From the NCBI GenBank assembly GCA_018992685.1, contig JACVGT010000025.1:1-64000 (forward strand): a stretch of 64,000 nt of DNA, given 5' to 3'. A program made the translations under genes and the position numbers. Every line of letters starts with the position of its first letter. Position 1 is the first letter of the stretch. The notes beneath the pieces are model-generated. The model was given only the letters and a program-made list of their open reading frames with translations, made no database searches and was not told where the DNA came from. This document shows, one piece after another, positions 59,463 through 64,000 of the stretch. This DNA is from Theionarchaea archaeon (GTDB lineage: Archaea; Methanobacteriota_B; Thermococci; Methanofastidiosales; SZ-28-30).

Positions 59463-60573
59463 CGAGAAGAGATATTTCGGCTACTCCTATTGCCATTTGG
59501 ATTTCTTCAACGATGTCAGAAAGAGATGAAGGGGAACATCTTGTTTGAGGGACAATTGCGATTTTGTTGTTTAAAGCATTGATAGAAAAAGTTGAGTAGT
59601 CTTTGAAATCAACCACATTAGCTGAAAAATATGGATTTGAAGACTGATTGATGGTATAAGATAAGAATTTCATTTTCTCAAGAACGAAGGTCAATCTCTC
59701 TAACTGTGACTCATTTAAATCATTCTTGAATTTCAATACAATGGGAGATAATTCAATTTGCTTTTTTTGATTGTTGTAACGTCTTTCTCTGTTAAGATAA
59801 GACTTGTTTGTCTTTGCAAATGTCTCGATACAATTCCTCAAAACGTCGGCCCAGAAATAATCCAGCGCTCCGGAATACAGAGTAAATGATTTGTCTTTTC
59901 TCTTATATCTAAATCTCATAATTGTCTCTCCTCCCTTCCCAGAACAATCTATGATTATCCTATTAATGACTTTCCCGTAAAGCTCATTTTCTATTCCTTT
60001 TCTGAATTCAGAATAATTCTTATCGGCAGATTTGCCCCTCAATTGAACTGATGAATATTGCGATTTATTTTTCAACGGGTCGTAAATTACACTTTGAACT
60101 TCAGTAACATAGATTTCGCCATAAATTTCTTTGAGTCTGTCAATCATCTCAATAATACCTTTGTTGTCCAAATGAACTCTATACAAATAAGGATATGAAT
60201 ATTCTATCCATTTCAGAAGAGTTACAGACAAGGAATTCTTCAGGATTTCATCACTTAGAAACATATAAAAGTTTTTCTTGATTCTTACTACCAATGAAAT
60301 AGATGCTACTTCCTTTTCGGTGTTCACGACTATGAGTGAATAAATGTCATTCGAAATTTTGCTAGACGCTATTCTAAATGTTTTTCTATTTGAAATATTC
60401 TGCCAGTTTTCTATGTCGTATTTCGAAAAGCAGAAAAAGAATTTCAATCCCGTTCTGGTATTGTTGACAAAGTTTTCATTGAAAAACGATTTCAATTCAT
60501 CAAAATTAGCTATATTCTCAATTTCATTCTGGAATTCTCTTATCAAGGAGCCTGGTGTTGCAGGTACTAACAT
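59455..60573 (-). CDS. AT-rich hypothetical protein, partner of the nuclease
   Basis: 372 aa; GAGGTGA SD; C-terminal NPYFSANVVDFKD...IAIVPQ; no recognised catalytic motif. Confidence 0.8.
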   Translation of the reverse strand: MLVPATPGSLIREFQNEIENIANFDELKSFFNENFVNNTRTGLKFFFCFSKYDIENWQNISNRKTFRIASSKISNDIYSLIVVNTEKEVASISLVVRIKKNFYMFLSDEILKNSLSVTLLKWIEYSYPYLYRVHLDNKGIIEMIDRLKEIYGEIYVTEVQSVIYDPLKNKSQYSSVQLRGKSADKNYSEFRKGIENELYGKVINRIIIDCSGKGGETIMRFRYKRKDKSFTLYSGALDYFWADVLRNCIETFAKTNKSYLNRERRYNNQKKQIELSPIVLKFKNDLNESQLERLTFVLEKMKFLSYTINQSSNPYFSANVVDFKDYSTFSINALNNKIAIVPQTRCSPSSLSDIVEEIQMAIGVAEISLLDE

Positions 60574-61079
60574 TCTATTCTCACCTCTTTATGTAATGAA
60601 GATGTCTCTATTATTAAGCTTTTTGGAATTCTTTCATCCATACTATCAGCTTCATGGATATCCCTCCGAGAATCATGCCCTCTTTTGGTCTTTTTTCTTT
60701 ATAACCTTATCTACTACTAACTCCTATCACGATATCACCTCCTTTCTTTGCTCCTATGACCAGTACAACCACCACTGTTTCCTGGTGAAGAGCTCCCGTG
60801 AATGCCACGCACTGAATGTGGTGAGCTGCCTCCCTGCCACCTGTCGCGTTGTTGAAATGGAGAATCACTTATTGATATTCGTTAATACGGTGTCCGTAGC
60901 TGTCCTGCAGAAGTTGATGATCCTGATGATGAGCATGAAGACCTCAGGACTACTGGATGACTTGAGGTATGCATCAGTGTTGGAAGTGGCTCACCAACCT
61001 GTACGATTGGGATCTCCTGCAGAAGAGGATAGGAACAATAGAAAAGAACGTACTGATTGAAATACAGGAACCTGACTTC

Positions 61080-61452
61080 ATGGATCCTCCTCCATAACGT
61101 GGTGTAATCTGCAGATGTCAATCCTTCTATATACTGCGACAACTTTTCTAAAATGCCTTCTAACTGTCTATAGGGTACATTGAATACTGTTTTCATCAGG
61201 ACAGTATATGCTATGAATGACTGGGGAAATGCAAAAGGGCTACCTCGTTTATTCACATTCATCGTTTGGAGTTCTTCATTCCAATGTTCAATAAAATCCA
61301 TTGTTAAGTAAAATTCTCCTCTTCTTACCAGTTTCTTGTTATATTCTTTCCAATTTCTGGTCATGAAACCGTCTGGTTTCCCTATGGTTCAAATCTTTCC
61401 ATTGGTTTATACTTCAAATGAGGCATTTGAATGGTAAATTGTACAACACAGC
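61080..61452 (-). mobile_element. Truncated IS5-family (IS903-like) element: left end plus transposase N-terminus
   Basis: MTRNWKEYNKKLVRRGE...KRGSPF...PYRQLEG...DYTTLWRRI, after which similarity is lost; upstream GCTGTGTTGTACAATT resembles an IS903-group terminal repeat. Confidence 0.8.
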
Positions 61453-61464
61453 AGATTTGTCGAG

Positions 61465-61902
61465 TCACTGTAATTGAAGAGTTTTCAATTCAATCTTGGT
61501 TCCTTTTTTCCATAAATCCTTTCTCATAGCAATTGCAACTTCCATGAAAGTAGATTCGGAGGGTTGATTTATGAATTGCTTGAACTTTCTTAGGACGTCG
61601 TCGGAAGCATAGAGAACAGAGTTGTAATAGAATTCCGTCAACCTCACCATGGCATATTCTTTGATTTCTTCTTCATTTTTCAGATGCGGTATTTTGGGGT
61701 CTTCGATATGAAAGTGACTTACATTTTCCGGTTTCAGAACACAACGCATGAACACAAGGGTAGAACGATACTTATTCTCGTTGAGATTTTGAATTCTCAA
61801 TTCAGTTTCTCTCTTTTGACTCCAAAGATGTTGAAGGTAACTCCCAGCAATACCTCCAATTCCCAACAAGCCGAAAACCGAGATTATTGTTTGAATGTCC
61901 AT
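61465..61902 (-). CDS. Hypothetical protein with N-terminal TM helix
   Basis: 145 aa; N-terminal hydrophobic helix followed by a helical domain. Confidence 0.7.
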   Translation of the reverse strand: MDIQTIISVFGLLGIGGIAGSYLQHLWSQKRETELRIQNLNENKYRSTLVFMRCVLKPENVSHFHIEDPKIPHLKNEEEIKEYAMVRLTEFYYNSVLYASDDVLRKFKQFINQPSESTFMEVAIAMRKDLWKKGTKIELKTLQLQ

Positions 61903-62494
61903 GAGCTATAGTTGAGGCAGCGAATATTTAAGTCTTCTAGTTGTTCCTCCTCTAGTTGTCTACAAGGCTGCTATCCTCCTCCGAATAATGAGGACCTTTT
62001 CGAGGAAGACCGCGTGCATCCATTTCCTCTTACCACAGGATTATTGTTCCCTCTACCATATTTCACGTTCTTGGTTTCATATTTTTTCAAGTTCTTCAAG
62101 GTGCTCTTTTAGTCATTTTTTCCATGAATATATCCCGAAAATATGAACGGTCATAAATGCCCATAATTACACTGTTTTCAACTCTTATTCTCCACTTTGT
62201 GAAGGTCATTCTTTTCCGGTAACAGCCATGTGGATTTTTGTCATGAAACTATGGACAGAATTCTTGAATACTAGTGTGACGTTCGGCGGATAATTATTTT
62301 CTTGAATACAAATGCTCAATATATTCCGAGTACGTGAGATTTCTTTCCAAATTTAGAACGTAGACATTCAACCGTAAACCTTATAAATTGCTCAACGAAT
62401 TGGAGTTGGCCTGTGCATGTATTCCATGGGGGATGCTTTGCATAAGAACTGGGAGACATACGTGCGAAAAGAACAAATGAAGGAGATGACGAAG

Positions 62495-64000
62495 ATGAGA
62501 GACAAAATCTTAATATTGGGGTTAAGTGCTGCTCTTCTTATGAGTTTATTTTGTTATGTTCAGGAGATAGCAGCAGGGTATGATGGTTTGAGTGAGAGAA
62601 TTCCTGTTGTGGGAGATGATGTTGCAGGCTCTCTCAGTAATGTGCCACCTGTGGTGGAAGTTGTACCTGATGTATCCAGTGGGAAGGCACCCTTGCGCGT
62701 GCAATTTGAGGGAGATGTGTATGATGAGGACGGGGAGATTACTAGTCTGGAATGGGACTTTGAAGGAGACGGGGCCTTTGAGGTTACGAGTGATCTGAAG
62801 AGTATTGAGAGACCTCAGAAGTTGCAGGCGGCACGGGAAGGATTACAGAAGGAGCATGTATATGATAATCCAGGAATCTACCATGCGGTCGTCAGGGTGA
62901 CGGATGATAAAGAGGAGAGTACTACAGCATCTGTGACCATACAGGTGTATTCGGATAGACCATGGCTGGATATTACGCCATCCAACAAGGATGGATTTTT
63001 GTATCAGGCACAGGCTGGATATGAGGCCTTCTTTGGGGAAAATGTGGGTAAAGAGATAAAATTTGAGTTGAATAACGCATATATTACGTACCGAATGGTG
63101 AATCAGTCTTTTGGTGCTGTCAATACCGCAAAGGGTGAACCTGAAGGGAACAGAATCTGGTACAGGAATGTCTTCCCCGGAGTTGATATACGATATACGG
63201 TGCATGAGGATTTGTTACTGGAAGAATTTGTGGTATACCAGCCCGTGGGTATAACGGTGATTGAGCAGGAATTTGTAACGCATGGAGTGGACTATAAGAT
63301 GGAGGAAGATGGGTCCATTGGGTTCTACAATGGGGAAGATCTGGTATTTTCTATCCCGAAACCGGTGATGTATGAGTTTAATAACCCGGAAAGGAAGTGT
63401 TACGGGTTACATTATGAAGTTGTGGAGAAAGGTAATTTGTACATACTGAGGAAGGTTATTGATAATTTAGAATGGTTAAAGTCTGCCAAATATCCCGTGG
63501 TCATTGATTCGTCCACGCAGGGCGAGATAGCTGATCCCTGGGAACAGCAGGGGTTAACACCGTACGGGCAGTACTTCCAGAACATGAATGAATATGTTGA
63601 TCCCTTGACTGGGCATCTTAATATAAGACAGACAGATTATTCTCTATCTGGGAGAGGGCTGGATTTATCCATATCCAGGGTCTACTCCACGGTGGTGGCT
63701 TACAAGGAAGATGAAGAGGAGAGTGGCTCTGGGGAGTATGTACCCATTGCTACCTATAAAGAAGCACCCACGGATCTGGGATATGGATGGTCTCTGGATT
63801 TTCCCTGGCTGGAATTTAACGAGGATGACCAGGAACCTGGCCACTACTTACATTTACCCAAAGGGGTCCAGATCAAGACCAATTTTGTTGATGGAGTATG
63901 GATTGATGAGACACACCACTTTGTTATGTACATTAATGGAGATTATTCCTATACCAAATACAGAGATGATGGTGTGAGAGAAGACTATGATAGTCAGGGG
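62495..64000 (+). CDS. Secreted PKD-domain/RHS(YD)-type large protein, N-terminal part (runs off the window; absent from the ORF track)
   Basis: 502 open codons starting MRDKILILGLSAALL. Contains PKD (EWDFEGDG...HVYDNPGIY..VRVTDD), YPVVID, and the RHS-associated EYVDPLTGHL...GRGLDLSISRVYS...LGYGWSLD; AGGAG SD. Confidence 0.88.
   Translation, partial: MRDKILILGLSAALLMSLFCYVQEIAAGYDGLSERIPVVGDDVAGSLSNVPPVVEVVPDVSSGKAPLRVQFEGDVYDEDGEITSLEWDFEGDGAFEVTSDLKSIERPQKLQAAREGLQKEHVYDNPGIYHAVVRVTDDKEESTTASVTIQVYSDRPWLDITPSNKDGFLYQAQAGYEAFFGENVGKEIKFELNNAYITYRMVNQSFGAVNTAKGEPEGNRIWYRNVFPGVDIRYTVHEDLLLEEFVVYQPVGITVIEQEFVTHGVDYKMEEDGSIGFYNGEDLVFSIPKPVMYEFNNPERKCYGLHYEVVEKGNLYILRKVIDNLEWLKSAKYPVVIDSSTQGEIADPWEQQGLTPYGQYFQNMNEYVDPLTGHLNIRQTDYSLSGRGLDLSISRVYSTVVAYKEDEEESGSGEYVPIATYKEAPTDLGYGWSLDFPWLEFNEDDQEPGHYLHLPKGVQIKTNFVDGVWIDETHHFVMYINGDYSYTKYRDDGVREDYDSQG

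Noticed and set aside
60344-61060. 238-aa plus-strand ORF
   Set aside because: It is partly antisense to a real gene, has atypical composition and no motif; likely spurious.
49214-62000. Integron with gene cassettes
   Set aside because: The integrase lacks a recognisable IntI-specific insertion, and I saw no recurring attC-like sites between the ORFs.

Overview
Archaeal genomic DNA: GGAGGTGA ribosome-binding sites, TATA-type promoters, AglB, DtdA, NurA and an S-layer-like domain. The style of the secreted proteins suggests a Theionarchaea/Methanofastidiosa-like euryarchaeon (inference only). Bases 1-44.8 kb are mostly housekeeping and metabolic genes: the end of an IS481-like element, a large S8 protease, NurA, a degenerate mevalonate decarboxylase homolog, an AglB paralog, IlvE, a corrinoid protein, three tandem lipoprotein paralogs, DtdA, Fpg, a class III aminotransferase, LeuC/D-like subunits and others. 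From about 44.8 kb to the end is an accessory region with AT-rich patches. It holds a radical SAM/SPASM gene, a tyrosine integrase preceded by three TGGCACnGTGCCA palindromes, two local duplications (158 bp and ~520 bp), a four-gene operon headed by a DASGLVR-heptad repeat protein, a two-gene PD-(D/E)xK candidate defence module, a truncated IS5-family element and the 5' part of a PKD/RHS protein. The most unusual signals are the DASGLVR operon, a hidden Cys-rich ORF with two in-frame TGA codons each next to a Cys, a ubiquitin-like/GcvH-like fusion lacking the lipoyl lysine, and the PD-(D/E)xK pair. I found no tRNA, rRNA or CRISPR array. All family calls come from motif recognition by eye, with no database search.
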